From NCBI GenBank assembly GCA_964270895.1, contig OZ185435.1: DNA of 64,000 nt; one strand, 5' to 3'. Numbering within the stretch: the first letter of the stretch is position 1; every line of letters begins with the position of its first letter. The notes beneath the pieces were generated by a model. The model was not told the origin of the DNA, did not search any database, and saw nothing but the letters and a program-made list of their open reading frames with translations. Source of the DNA: Podarcis filfolensis (Eukaryota). Both the position numbers and the translations under genes were made by a program. Positions 26,087-39,773 of this stretch are shown here, piece by piece.

Positions 26087-29071
26087 GCCTCTCACCACTG
26101 CAGGGCAAGGGGGAGGGATGGGGAGAGAAGGGACGGCCCTCAGATTTCATCCTAAGACACTTCCCATTTTGACCAAGGAGGCAACTGTGTGCAGCAGGGA
26201 GGGACACTGTATTGAGATGACATTTTAAGATGGGCTGGATCTCAGCAAAGGCGTTGGATGATCTAGGGGGCATTTTGTGGGGGGTGAGCTCCCTCCCCAT
26301 TGAATACAGGGCCCTTCATTTTGTAGAGAACATTTCAGCAATGCTCCCAATTTCTCTCTTTCTTTTTTTCCAACCCCTCTCCCACTATATTGAAATGGCT
26401 TCAGAACACTCTTGTATGTTTTGAAGTCTGGTCATGGACAGGCGTAAAGACCAGCAAGGGCTCAGCTCAGCAACACACATACAGTCACATATCCTGAGAG
26501 GTTGATGATGGAGGTGAGATAGACTTTCAGGTCAAAGTTAGGCATCCTTGTGAGGTGGGGAAATGCTTCTCCTCCTTTTAAAATCCTGCTGGACACGAAG
26601 CCCATTCCCTTAGCTTCAGTGTCTTCATCTTCCCTGGATTAGATACATGGACAGGAATCCCATCCTATCAGGAATCCTGTACTGAACAGGAATACATTAC
26701 ATAGCTGCCATCAGATTTAGCTGGCTGATAATGCCAACTGAGGGCAGTTGAAATGGACGAATGGACATTTTCACAAAGGGGGAGGGATTTCTTTTCTTAT
26801 TCTTTGCTATTACCCGAAGTGCTGACAAAACCAAGTTTTGGCTCATCCCTATTCAAAATGCAGTTCTGCAGATACTTCCTCAACCCACAGGAATTAATAT
26901 TAAAGCAGGAGGACACAAATATTTGAAAAGATGCGGCATGGTGTTCCCCAAGCTCCAAGAATTTAAATGTATCTGCCTGAGCCTGAGGTCTCTGATCTCA
27001 CAAACTAGTCTAGGCATCAAATACCCCTCTATGAGCCCCAGCCTAATTCTCAGCCCAGCTGGGCTTCTTCTTTGCCCCCAAACCAAATCCCTTAATGCTG
27101 AACACACACAAGAGTTGCTGCTTCCATGTAGGCAGCACCAAAATACAAGTGTGGTAAAAGTTGTCAATGTATAAAGTTTCATTTTTTAAAAATAGCGAGG
27201 CAATATAATGGAAATGAAATATTTAATGAAATTCATTCTTTGCCCACTCTAAGTAACTATCAATATCATTATCATCATCATTATTATTAAATGTATTCAT
27301 ATCCCACCTTTCTCCCAAGTTGGGATTCAAGGTGGCTTCCAACATCTAAGAACATCATTATATAATACAAGTAATATAAACTAGTTAAAAACAATACTTA
27401 AAACACACTTAGAGCAGCAGTTAAAATAGGGAACTACCATGTATAACATCAGGATCTGTTGCTTTGAACACACTGTAGAGTTTGGGGGTGGGAGCTGTGG
27501 CCAAACACATATTTTTATTTATTTATTACATTTGTATACCACCCTAGACCTACAGATCTCAGAGCGGTATACAAATTTAATAAACAAATTTATCAGTACA
27601 GCTGTGTCGTCTCACACAATCTCGCACCCAAACTACCCGAGAGAGACACTAAATTGTTACCATTATCAACAGGGCACACATGAAACTTAAAGAGGCTTGT
27701 GCTTTAAAAAGTCGAAGCTACATTGGCCAGAAAGTTCATTTGCATTTACAAATGCCTTTCCTCTGTTTTCCATGTGGAAGAGAAATCCACTAGAGGCTCA
27801 AATAGTGACATGAGCCTCGTGTTATTGGCATTTTGACCTCTGAACCCTAAAAGTTATATTGATGACTCCTGTTCAGCATGGAAATGCACTTCAGATGGCA
27901 TACAGAGATTCTTTTATTTCAATAAGTTATATACCATTTAATTGCATAATTTCTAAGCAGTGTACAAGAGGGATATGACGGACACCAGAAAACCTGCCGG
28001 AAAAACTGAGATGGTAGCTAAAGTCAAGAAAATAGCAATTGTCCTGGAAAACAGACTGCTTCTGCCCCTTCCTTTGCTTTCATGATTTCATCCCCTTTTG
28101 TCCCATTCTCAGGTTGATGGACATCATTTCAGGTTTCTGTGTTTGTGTGTGTGACAATGTTCAAAGACCTACTCTTAAATATATTCATGGTAAAATGCAA
28201 AAAGAGGGGGAAAAGGAAAAGTGTACTTTAATAGCACTTGTTCTGGTTCCTTTCTGGGGGTTCTTGATTTTAAAAAATGAGAAGACGACACAAGACATAC
28301 GGGTGCTCCTGAGGAAAAGTTCCACCGAAAATGAAGCACAGGGGCAGAAAAGCACGCATAGTGCCCTGCACAAGAGGCAACTTGATGGGGTCCTGTTCCA
28401 GCCTCGAGGCTTTGCCTATATATGGTAGGGGAAATGTAAACCCTCTTTGAAAATCCCAGGAGAAATGCACAATAGAAATGCAAGCTATTTCATTCATCCA
28501 GGGGGAGCTATGTACACCCAGAAGCCTAGAGCAGGGATAGGGAACCTACAGCCCTCCAGATGTTGTAGGAATACAACTTCTCCCACCATCCCTGGCTATT
28601 GGCCATGCTGGCTGAGGCCAATAAGACTTGAGGTCCAGCAACAACTGAAAGGCCACAGGTTGCCCACTCCTGGTCTAAATGAACCTCTTACCTAGCTGGA
28701 AACATGACAAGAACCTAGTACCAACCTCAGATTTTGGGGGGTGGGGGTGGATGCTCACAATACACCACCTTTCTCAATTCTCCTCTCTCTCACTCACATT
28801 GCCAATGGTCATTTGTTCGTTCTCTCTCTATGGGTCTACAGCTCATCACCCAGAGGGAAAGTGCAAGTTGAGTGGAGGAGGATGACTCATCTTTTCCCTC
28901 CAGGCACTTCCTGCATACTTAGAGATGGTAGACAAACAGGCAGTGACAGCAAAAAGGAGAAGGAGACCCTAGGAATCAACAATGAGTCCCCTCTGCAGGG
29001 GTGTAGACTTTGGCAGGCACCTGACAATGTCCAGCCCTTATTATGGCCTTAGAAGCACACACCTGCTTTCA

Positions 29072-29312
29072 CCAGTGTGGTGTAGTGGTTAGGAGTGGTG
29101 GACTCGTAATCTGGTGAACCGGGTTTGCGTCCCCACTCCTCCACATGCAGCTGTTGGGTGACCTTGGGCTAGTCACACTTCTCTGAAGTCTCTCAGCCCC
29201 ACTCACCTCACAGAGTGTTTGTTGTGGGGGAGGAAGGGAAAGGAGAATGCTAGCCGCTTTGAGACTCCTTAAGGGGAGTGAAAGGCGGGATATCAAATCC
29301 AAACTCCTCCTC
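29072..29312 (+). mobile_element. Full-length tRNA-derived SINE (Squam3/Ther1-like)
   Basis: Box A TGGTGTAGTGGTTAGG, box B GGGTTTGCGTCCCC, CORE-like GGGTGACCTTGGGCTAGTCAC, L2-like tail. Confidence 0.8.
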
Positions 29313-29788
29313 CACCACCACCTTTTGAAAGTGCTTCCCCTAAGCAAACACAACCTGGTCCATAATAGTGCTACTGAAAGTGTCTCTGTCTCCCTCACAC
29401 CAGGCATGTGGCCCCTGGAAGCTTGTGCGGAAGGGAATGAGGACCACAGGCTGCAGGTTCCCCATGCCTGCCCTGCAGTGTGTGTTTGTGTGAGTGTGAC
29501 ACAGCCTCCTAGAAGCCTTCAGGAGAGAACACAGAGGTCTGGGGTGGGGGATTTAGCTTGCAATCCATACCACTTACAAATTCTCACATGTCTCAGCTGC
29601 ACTAAGATATAGTGCAGGAGATGGAAGCTGTGCTACTTTTTCCGCTTCTTAACTCTGCCTCCTAAAAACTGCTTTTCTGCCTCTTCTTCCTTAAAGCCTG
29701 TTTAGGCTTTGCAGCCTGTGTTTATCAGGCAACACCTAGTTCGGCTCAAACTTGCTTGCTATTTCTGTGAAAGAAAGTGCTCTGGTTA

Positions 29789-29807
29789 TGTCCAGCAGGG
29801 GGCAGTG
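29789..29807 (+). promoter_or_regulatory. CTCF core motif
   Basis: TGTCCAGCAGGGGGCAGTG closely fits CCASYAGRKGGCRS. Confidence 0.7.
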
Positions 29808-32119
29808 GTGAAACACAAATAAGCTGCCCCATTGCATATTTGAGAATACTGTTGAACTGTGAACCACTTCCAGGTAGCAGCTATTTTAGTCTACTGGGGC
29901 TCCTCCAGACAACCTGTTTATTGAGCATTCATCCTGATCATTCCACACTTTCCTAACCACAAAAGGCTTGTTTGTCTTTAAGTAGATTTATTGCACTAGG
30001 ACAACAGGGCAACTTAATCCGCTTTAGGTGTGCAAACCCAAATTGTGCTTGAATCCATCCTACAACACAGTGACAGTTTGCAGGCACCCTTGAAGTAAAA
30101 CCAAACATGAGTCCTGTGGCATTTAATCAGATGAAGTGCTATCCTCTCTTGGCAGATACATGGATGCAGACAGAAGTGGGAGAAGTTGCGGCAAAGCAAA
30201 AAAGAGGTGGATCACAGTACTTCTTAGGGCAAAAATGAAAACAAGTATAAAAGATCCAATCAGAGTGGGAGTGACCCACTCCAAACACGATAAATTAATA
30301 AAACAAGGGCACTTCTGATCATCACTATTCTGTTACATACTGGAAAATTAAGGTTTTGTCATTACAGTTGATTGGGGCAGAGATGTACATAGGCTCCCTT
30401 GCGCCCTTGTCAAGGAGATGTATTGGTGTGTCTGTCCCCTCCCCAATCCCTTGTGACAGCCCATGCCAATGACAGGATTCCTCTGCCAAGACACACAGAG
30501 AAGGCAGTGTGCCTCACCTGGCTGCCCAGAGCAGTGGAGGAGGAGCCCAAGGAGTCTGTAGATAGGCAGGTGGGCTCATAGCCACTTCAGGCCAGAGTGG
30601 AGAGTCCCAATTTTGCAAACACTGGACCTGTCACTTTGGCGAGGGCCAACCTGACCTACCCTTAGGTAAGTACACCCCTGAATTGAGGGGTATTGCACAA
30701 CACACCCTCTTGCCAAAAAGATTGGACATTTTGCAGTAAGAAAAGTGATGGGGGAAAGGCACTTGAAAGTGTGGAATAACACTTGCTTTAATACAAACAT
30801 CATCTAATCTCTCCCACAAACAAATCAGGATGAACGCTTGTTAAGTAGCTAACATCATCTACTCTCCCTGCAGTGCAAACTAATTGGGATCAATTCACAA
30901 TGAACATGTTGACAGGGCTCCTTGAAGAAAGAGCAAAATACATGTGATGATGTTGTTCAGACGTTACCAATGAAACGTCTCATTATTTGTAGCCAGTGCA
31001 AGGTTTTGGAGGGGGAATTTCTCATGCTTTGCAAGTACTAAGAGTCATATTGGGACAGGAATCTTAGTCCTGCAGGCCAAATGCGACCTACTTTGCCCAG
31101 GCCACAACTCCTCCACCACACTTTCTGTCCAGGCCACACCCTTCACCAGCCTTGGTTTGCACCCTCTATGTTTGTTTCTGCCTGGCTGGAATGTGCCTTT
31201 GCTTTGACAATGCCTCTTGCTTGCTTGCTTGGATGGATGGAGAAAAGAGAGGGGTGTGTGCAGGAACAAGTCTATTATGCAAAGGTAACATTTACATTAA
31301 TTGCTCCTCCCTCCCCCCCCCCCAGCAGATGACACATATACACCCAAGTTGCCCAGAAAGGAATGCATCCTTCTAGCTGAAAAAGGTTCCACACCCCTGC
31401 AATGGGATATCTGAAATGCTTTATAGTCAAAAGACAATGAAGTAAAATCAAGTTTCAGACTTGCAAAACTTTTAGAATTTCCAGCAAGTGGCAAATCTAG
31501 TCTAAGTTTTCTTAACTTCCACCGCTTTATGCTTCACATTTTCATTTTTTTGGAATTATAATGTCATCTGCAGCAGTTATCTACGAAAGATAACATTCTG
31601 ATAAATTTGGGGGTGGGTTGTAATATGTCAGGAAGAAATAATGTTTGTTTGTTTGTTTAATCCAACAATGTAAGCTTTCATTTTTGCCATAAGTGGAGAA
31701 TAATTTTTGAACTGAAAAATGTTGCACTGTCCTCTGAGCTGGGATGTAATACAAGATCTTACCATAAGGTGTCCCACTACCCCCAGCATCACAGATACAG
31801 AAAGAGTCTTGCGGTGGAGTGTGCAATATAGGCAAACAATGGGACTTCTGATGTGTTTTATTATATTACTTGTCCACACAGGGTCCCATGAAGTTACAGG
31901 AGAGCTCTTAAACATGATGGCTTCCTCCCCATAGCACAATTTCCTTTTCTCTCCACATATCTAAAGAGTCACCTCACTTATACTGCCCCACTTTTGAATC
32001 TCATCACTCTCACGGAGATCCTGTTATATTTCTGCAGGAGCTGACCGTTCATCTCTTCCTGTACCCACACCTCTATTTATGTCTCCACACCTGGCTTCAG
32101 CTTTCTTCCTTTTTTCAGC

Positions 32120-32262
32120 AAGAAAGAGTCACAGAATTCTAGAGTTGGAAGGGACCCCACAGGTCATATAGTTCAAGCCCCAGCAAGGCAGGAATCCTGC
32201 CCACAACTGTCCCTGGGTGGGCTTGAACCACCAGCCTTCTGGTTAACAGCCAGACACATTGA
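32120..32262 (-). mobile_element. SINE with CR1-type tail
   Basis: AGAATTCTAGAGTTGGAAGGGACCCC (reverse-complement CR1 3' end) joined to a tRNA-like head GGGCTTGAACCACCAGCC; another CR1 tail near 52210-52270. Confidence 0.55.
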
Positions 32263-32804
32263 CCCATTGTGCCATGAATCACCTGGGAGGCTGGTGGTCC
32301 ATCAACCAACTCATTAAACCTATGGACCTCTCCATACGATGCATACCCAAGATATCTTTAAAGCACATTCAAAACACACTCTTTCTGTCAAACGGTTCTG
32401 GGAACTGTAGTTTATCCCTCACAGAATTACAATTCCCAGCAGCCCTCAACAGAACTACAGTGCCCAGAATTCTTTGCAGGAAATAATGCCCTCCAAAGGT
32501 GTTTTAAAGGGATAGTGTGTACACAGCTGTAATCCACTGTTGCTGACCTCAGGGGAGACTAATTCATCACCCAGTAAAAAACTTAAGTTGACCAAAGAAC
32601 TAATTCAGAATAATTTCAGGCAGATATTACATTGTGTGTTAAACTTCCATGTTCCCAAAAAAGCTATTCTTAGAAAATACTTCTCATGATTGGCAAATAA
32701 ATGAGAGAGAGAAGCAATGCGGCCGCTTTCCTAAGTGGCCTTGCCTTTTGAAATGTTGTGCTCTTCACAGCTCCACCCACAGCAGCTGTCACTGTGCAAC
32801 ACAC

Positions 32805-32809
<5 letters not shown>

Positions 32810-32845
<36 letters not shown>
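32810..32845. repeat. (CA)n microsatellite
   Basis: Pure CA run; others near 33823, 46458, 46693 and 48403. Confidence 0.9.
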
Positions 32846-32847
<2 letters not shown>

Positions 32848-34085
32848 CCATTGCCCGGATCCTGGCACAGAGCCCCTCCCTGGATTTCCCAGTGCTGACG
32901 TCAATTCTCCTTGTGTGCCTTTGTTAAATGGCTATAGCCAGATGCTTCAACTCTATGTGGCTTTGAGCCAAGAACCTCTGAGAGCTAGGGATTATGCTTC
33001 AGGGGAGGCAAAGGCAGATTGGGCAGGAGTGGGGAGAGCAGAGACACATTGTCCCTCTAATTGCAGTCACTTTCCAAATTGCTGATTTACAAGTAATCCT
33101 GCCCAAGGCCTGATGGGTACCATGGAGACCATTTGAGTAACACCTGGGGCCATGACTTCACCAAAACAGCTAGCGTTGTCAGTCTCCATTCATTACTGTC
33201 TGTCTAGCCAGCAGTTACCTGGTAACAGGTGTAGCGGTGGCTAGCTCAGTCAGGTATCCTTTGCTGGTTCTCCAAAATCAATATGCCACTTGGCTGCCCT
33301 GGCAGACTCTTTGTTCAAGACAGACTGGTGGCTCTCGGATTTGTCCCTCTCCTCTGGGAACTGAGCCCAAAAAGCAGAGGAAGACTGTGCAGGCAGGTTG
33401 TGAAGCATCCTGTTGAATGGAATCAGGTGTGTGACTTGTCCCAGTCCATCAAAAATGTCTCCCCCATCCCTGCACCTCAAGATCTAGTTTGCCCAATGAG
33501 ATCTAGCTTGCCAAACCAATAAGCTAAATTCATGGAGGAGAAGGCTATCAGCGATTCCTAACTATGATGTGTATGCTCTGCCTCCATGCTTCTGAATACT
33601 AATTGCTGGAATTCAGCAGTGTATCACTGCTGAAATTCAGCCCCCAGCAAGATACAGTCAGCACCTCCCAGCTGAAGAGGAACACCGTGTATTCATTCTG
33701 CTTTCCCTGAGTACATTTCTTGCAGGTAAGAGACGAGCTATGTTGCTTAGCAACTGGGGAGCAGGTTATCTGTTAAGCACCATTCCTTCCTCTTCAAAAT
33801 GTAAAAACATCCCCCTCCCATACACACACACACACACACACACACATACTTCACTCTTATTATTAGGGAAGAAGACTATCTGGCAGGAACAAGATCCTTG
33901 TTTCGCTATCATACTCTTACCTTTAGAAGAAACCTAGCAACTAGCTGCAATGCCCAAGTTCTACTAAGAGTGTCAGAGGAATACCAGTTGCAGGGAATCT
34001 AAAGTAGGAAGAGTCCAGCTGGACTCAGCCTTCTTTCCCATATGCATCTGGCTGGCCAACATGAGAAGGGGATGTTGGACTAGAT

Positions 34086-34339
34086 CAGGCACGTCCAACA
34101 GGTAGATTGTTATCTACCACTAGATCACTGGATGTCAGTGGTAGATCACTGGTAGATCACTGGCTCCCCCAAAGAAGCTCAAAACTTTGCCTCCCCTAAA
34201 AAAAGTGGGCTTTCCTTCCTTTCCTCCTCTCTAAAGAAAGCTCAACAGCTTTGACCTGAACTCCAAAAAGGGGGGTAGATCACTGCCAGTTTTTAACTCT
34301 GTGAGTAGATCACAGTCTCTTGGGAGTTGGCCACCCCTG
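34086..34339. mobile_element. hAT MITE with repeated TAGATCAC subterminal motifs
   Basis: TIR CAGGCACGTCCAAC / GTTGGCCACCCCTG; perfect TSD GACTAGAT at 34078-34085 and 34340-34347. Confidence 0.85.
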
Positions 34340-37169
34340 GACTAGATTAACCCTTTGGCCTGATCTAGCAGGGTTCTTATATGAACTCTGTTCCAGGGGG
34401 GGAAAAATCGCATCTGCCTATTTGAATCCAATAAGGATTCTAGGAATCCAATGCATTTTCAGACCCATTTTTCCCCACCTGCCACGTTCCTGGCATTAAA
34501 CCATGCTGCCATCACTTTGCACCAATGGCCATTAAACACTGGAAACAAAACAGAACCTCCAGATACAGAGGCAGTATGGTTCTGGGGACAACTGATGGCA
34601 AGAGCAATACTCCCTACTGAGTTGTACAAAGGCAACACTGAGACTAGGAGAAGGAAGCTCACAGGCAGCCTCAACCCCAGAGCTAGTTGCAAGTAAGAAG
34701 GCAGGCAGGTTGGGACTGACAAAAGCCTGAGTGTAGCCAGGATTTTTGTTGGGGGGGGCAGGCCATTTGTTTTAGGGGGGCATAACTTCAGTTAGCTGTG
34801 TATTTCTATTTATTTTTATTTATTGGGGTACATCTGCCCCTCCCTGCCCCCCCTTGCCTATGCCCATGGACTGAAGGCAGACTGAGGTTGGTGGGGGAGT
34901 GCTGCTGCAGCTAGACTGTGTGCATTCTCTCCTTGTACATTACATTGACAAAAGGCATAAGCCACTTCTGTGAAATATGACATGTGGGGGGCGGAGGATA
35001 ATTTCACATATGAATCAGTGCTTAGGTACAACTGACTTCCTCTAGACTGCACCTTTTGTCTTTTAGCAACTGGAAAGCAAACTAGCACAAACCCCCAGAG
35101 AGGAGCTCACCCCCTTCCTGACTTACAATGACTTTTGCCTGGTACGTGGCATCTCTTTCAACAAACCGCCTTCCCTTCTCACCCAGCCCACGATGTGCTT
35201 GAAGCTTGCCTGCTGCTCTTGCCCTTGACACTTGCTGTACATCACCCTAGTGATGCGCTGCCTGCTTCTCAGAGGCTCCAGCGATGCACACCTGCTGTGC
35301 CCAGGTTGCTTCCTGTATCTGGGGGTGATACGCTCTGCATTTCTTTCCAATTATCCGTTGACAGAGGGCAATTGGCATAATGGGGCCAAAGCCATTTGGT
35401 GGCTTTACGATAAATGCCTCCTGTCACCTGGTAGACAGGGACATCAGACCATTAGCTCATCATCTGAAAGGAATCTGCAATGCATCACGGGGAGGGGGGC
35501 ACACTAATTTGAAATATGCTTCTTCGGCTGCTGCTCTACAGCTGCGTGGAAAAAGGATGCTTTGAGCATATTTTATTGTCAGCACCAAAGTCTTCAGAAC
35601 AGCCTTTGCCAACCTGGTGCCCTCCAGTTATTTTGGACTACGGCTCCCATTAGAAGTTGTAGTCTAAAACTTTTGGAGGGGCATCTCCAATCATTAAGTT
35701 GCTGTAGCTCCTTGTTAATATTACCAGAGCTTGCTCAGGCTGTTCCAAAAGTTTCCATAGGGATCGATAACCTTGCTTGGCATAAATAAATGAATAACCA
35801 GAATCAGACCATTTCCTAGCTTGCTAAGGTAGCCTCCTCTCTGCAGGGAAGCTGTACTCTCTGAAAAGGCCAGCCAGTAGATTAAAGGTGCAAGCCAGCT
35901 TCCATGATTGCCTCTATCCAAGCTGGCACTGGGAGTGTCAGCTGCTCCCAGCTTCTGTTCATTACCCTCTTGTCCTGCCGCCAACCATCACCTAGTTCTC
36001 TGCTCTTTCTAATCATCTGTGCTGAAAGGCCAGGCCCCTGCTAACTGACCATACTTGCACAGTACTTTTTGCATGGTGGCTGTTTTCATCTCAAGGGCTT
36101 CTTTCAGGACACAGCTTCCATTTCCCTCTCCTCCTTCCCCACTTTGTGTTCCAGTTGCCTCCGCTAATGCTCACCATTCTGCCTCATTGACAGGTGTTGC
36201 TTCAGTTGGGAATGCTCATTTAAACTTGCTGAAGCTAGAGCTCCGAGCATTATTTGATGCAGCAGATATCTTTGGGGTTATTTGTGAAGCAGGGTTTTCC
36301 ACACCTCTTGTTTTTCTGTATGTTATTAATTTAAATTATTAAATTTATTAAATTACTTTGTACAAGGCAGTGTACAAAATATATAGTAAGGCTAATGCTT
36401 ACAGAAAAAATAAAATAAGGAGCAAGCATATAAGCCAAAAAATACATAGAATTACTCCTATATATTTAGGAGTGAATAGTTTGGTTCTCATTTTTTGTTG
36501 ACTTAGTAATATTAATGGAAGGCTGTCTTTTCTACATGAAAGGAAAATGCACTTACAAAACATCTGAAACCAACATCATTTAAAAAATAATAATAATCCA
36601 TGTTCTGCTCTAGGAAAAGGAAAGCCCCACGAACTGTACAAGTTGTGCAAGTTAATAAATCATTCCCCCATTAACCATGTTTGAATGGAGAGTGCCTAGC
36701 TTTATTAGACCACACAGTCCAGATCACAGTGTGCCACACAGAGAGAAAGAGTTATGTTCAGAACAACAACACTATAGTCACTCTCTCTCCTTCCTTTGAG
36801 AAAACCCCATCCTGACTCTAATGCTCTGTGTTTGCTGACATCACTGCTAGCTGCCCTTTCTCTTGGAATCCCTCACCTCCACTCCCCCCACAACACACAC
36901 ACAATCATCCACACTTGATCCAAGCCAATAAGCTGATTAGGACATAAGCACAGAGCAGCAGATGCTTTTGAAGTTGCCACTTAAAGGGGCAGTCACCATG
37001 TTCAGGATAGGCAGTGTGGCTGGGTTGGGGAGTGAAACATGCTTTGAGGGCATGCTGGCCACTTAGCACATGCTGGCATCAGTGCGCACCTCCTTCAGGG
37101 GTCTTCATCCTCCAGTTGTAATGTAAGCTGCCTCAGCACTGCTGAGAATAAAAAAAGGTATGTTCTGAG

Positions 37170-37330
37170 AGACCATGGTTCAAATGATTCAAATACTCTC
37201 TCAGTCATCATGTGGGGTGACCTCAGGCCAGTCACCATCTCTCAGCCTGACCTACCTTACAGGGTTATTGTGAGGATGGGGAGAGGGGAACATGTACGCC
37301 TCTTTGAAGGAAAGGTGGGCTAGAAATGCT
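37170..37330 (+). mobile_element. Squam3/MIR-like SINE, older
   Basis: GGGTGACCTCAGGCCAGTCACCATCTCTCAGCCTGACCTACCTTACAGGGTTATTGTGAGG core. Confidence 0.65.
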
Positions 37331-37464
37331 AGAAAAAAATATATATTATGGATGGAGACCAAATACTAAGAATTATCCTAGCTAAATCACACAAGACCTT
37401 TTGCATTTGTGCAAAAAAAAAAAAACCTCTTCCAAGGCGGGGGGGGGGGCAGAGAGAGAGAGAG

Positions 37465-37640
37465 AATGTCTTATACCTAGTCAGACTATTGGTCCACCTA
37501 GCTCAGTATTGACTACATTGACTGGTCATGGTTCTCCCATGGTTTCAGATAGGAGGTTTCCCCCCTGCCCTACCTGGAGATGCTGGGGATTGAACCTGGG
37601 AGGCAAAGCCAGAGCACCACTGAGCAATGGTCCTTCCTAA
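37465..37640 (-). mobile_element. tRNA-headed SINE, same family as 10750
   Basis: TATTGGTCCACCTAGCTCAGTATTG...CCCTACCTGGAGATGCTGGGGATTGAACCTGGG. Confidence 0.65.
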
Positions 37641-38618
37641 AGAGAGAGAGATCTGTGAGGTGCTTCCCCTTGTTATCACCCCACATCAGTGGGAAATGTG
37701 TAAACACTATAATAACATAGGCAATAATCCAGACAGGTCTTTCCCACCCTGTTTCTTAAAATGTTAGAGGTTAAAGACAATCAGTGGAGGGCCAGAATGA
37801 TGAAGTGGCTGGAGTGTTGGGTTTATCTATGAGAAACCCAGATTAAAATCTCTGCCTACTAATATGATAAGCCAGTCAAACAGCAGGTGAAAAGATATAC
37901 ATCTTGTAAGGAGATGTGATCACACTGAACTGGCAAGAGAGAGAGGGGGGGGAAGGGGTCGTTGGAGGAGCCCCCCTCCACCTTGCTAAAATCAATAAAA
38001 GGCTCTTCTTCACTTCAGTGGCGCTAAGATTTTTGCCATCTGTGCAATTTGATTATGCCCTTCCTTGATAGAAGAGACAAGGCACCATTAAGAATCACCT
38101 GCTGAGGTTGCTGCAAAAGCAATCAAAACGGTCCACTATCGACTAAAAAAGGTGGGGGGAATACATACTGAAGAAGACCTGGACTTTTAGAAACATTTGC
38201 TCTCTTGCACACAAGCTAGCACTGCATGCTAGTAGAGTACAGCTCTGAAGACCTGCACCTTCTTGCTCTTTCTGTCGTCCTGACTGCCTCTGGGTCATGA
38301 TGGATGCATGAGGGTGATTTGGTCAGACTGGAGTTGCAGGTCCTTGGATACCCCCAACCAGACAATTTGGTCTGTTGGTTAATGTTGTAGCACCAAGCAA
38401 ATGGTATCTCACACTTTCGAGTGCATTTCCGCATCACTTTCCTTATTACACAATGTGGGGGAGGGGATTAGAGGGAGAGCAGGCATGTTGCATAAGACCT
38501 CCAAGACAGCTTTAATTGCACAACCTAAATTTGCCAACATGTAATGAGAATCCACTGGGGGAGGGGAAGCAACAGTCTGCATGTGCCCCAGTCTGGAATG
38601 CAATTGCAACCTTTTAAC

Positions 38619-38853
38619 CATGGGTAGGCAACCTAAGGCCCGGGGGGTGGGGCAGATGCGGCCCAATTGCCTTCTCAATCCAGCCCACGAACAGTCTGGG
38701 AATCAGCGTGTTTTTACATGAGTAGAATGTGTCCTTTTATTTAAAATGCATCTCTGGGTTATTTGTGTGGCATAGGAATTTGTTCATCTCCCCCCCCAAA
38801 AAAAATTTTAGTCTGGCCCACCAAATGGTCTGAGGGACAGTTGCTGACCCCTG
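38619..38853 (+). mobile_element. hAT (Charlie-like) MITE
   Basis: CATGGGTAGGCAAC...GTTGCTGACCCCTG; TSD CTTTTAAC / ATTTTAAC; same family as 45889-46135. Confidence 0.85.
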
Positions 38854-39773
38854 ATTTTAACCTTCTTGAATTACTCCCCCAGGCTCTGCCCCATTCCTGT
38901 AGACTGGAGAGCTGTAAAAGAGCAGTCCTCCAGCCTAGAATCTCAGTCACCTTGTTCCTTGCCTGCACTAGTGAGAGGTCACTAGTGAGCATGAGGCCAC
39001 TGATATAAAGGGAGGTAGTGACTGAAGAGAATCTGACTTAAAAGGGATTCAGTCTGGAGGCATCTGGCTCACAGGGTTCCTGGCATCAGGGCCCAGGTCT
39101 GGATTCAACACCTTGTTCTGCTGGTCTTCCCAATACAGCTGAGTCAGAGCCCTGGCTGCAGCTCAGTGTTGAGTCATGACAACAGGTTCTTTCAGGACAA
39201 CACTTTAAAGGCAGAACTCTTTTATTCTGCCTGGGATTCTCTACACTTTCTCGGATAAGATTGGACTGAGTGACAGATTGATCCAATCCAGTCCAGCCCA
39301 TGGGCCTAGATCAATCAGGATCTTCTCAGTTGTTTTGACAGGGTTATGAAACACACTCCACAGGGATGTCTGCTTGGTCCCATCTCTGCCCAAGCAGAGG
39401 GCATAAAAAACATATCATTTTCAACAGGCTGTGAGTTGACTGATCTGATTTACATTTTAAAAAGAGAGTACTAAGGATGCTTGCTGAATTTTATTCTGTT
39501 TGTGTGGGTGTTTTGCACTGTGGTGTTTGAGCTTTAAGCAATCTTTAGTCTATTTTGGTAGTGTTTGATGTAATGTGTGCTGTTATTCCCCTGTTAGGAA
39601 CTCTGAGTATTTTAAAACGGAAAAGTGAGATAAAAAGTGCCCTGGTATGTAATAAATAGCCATTACATACCAGCTCTCCTGTGTGTCTGCCCAGGAAAGA
39701 AAACGCTTTGCTGAATAAACCACTCGGTGACCTAAGAGTGTCCTGGGATTAAGTGATATGGGTCAGCCAGGAC

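Larger units (their letters stand above)
22751..28744 (+). repeat. Copy B of ~6 kb direct duplication
   Basis: Begins ACTTCCTAGTAAAGG immediately after the gap and ends CCTCAGATTTTGGGGGGTGG; 12 bp longer than copy A because of three indels. Confidence 0.95.

Noticed and set aside
27781-27800. 15-bp insertion creating a CTCF-like CCACTAGAGG
   Set aside because: The following bases (CTC) break the conserved GGC, so the match is too weak.
29072-29150. tRNA gene
   Set aside because: The tRNA-like A/B boxes are the head of a SINE continuing into CORE and LINE-tail sequence.
33612-33634. Perfect 10-bp hairpin TTCAGCAGTG-TAT-CACTGCTGAA
   Set aside because: Too short for a miRNA precursor, and it lacks the RE1 right half-site.
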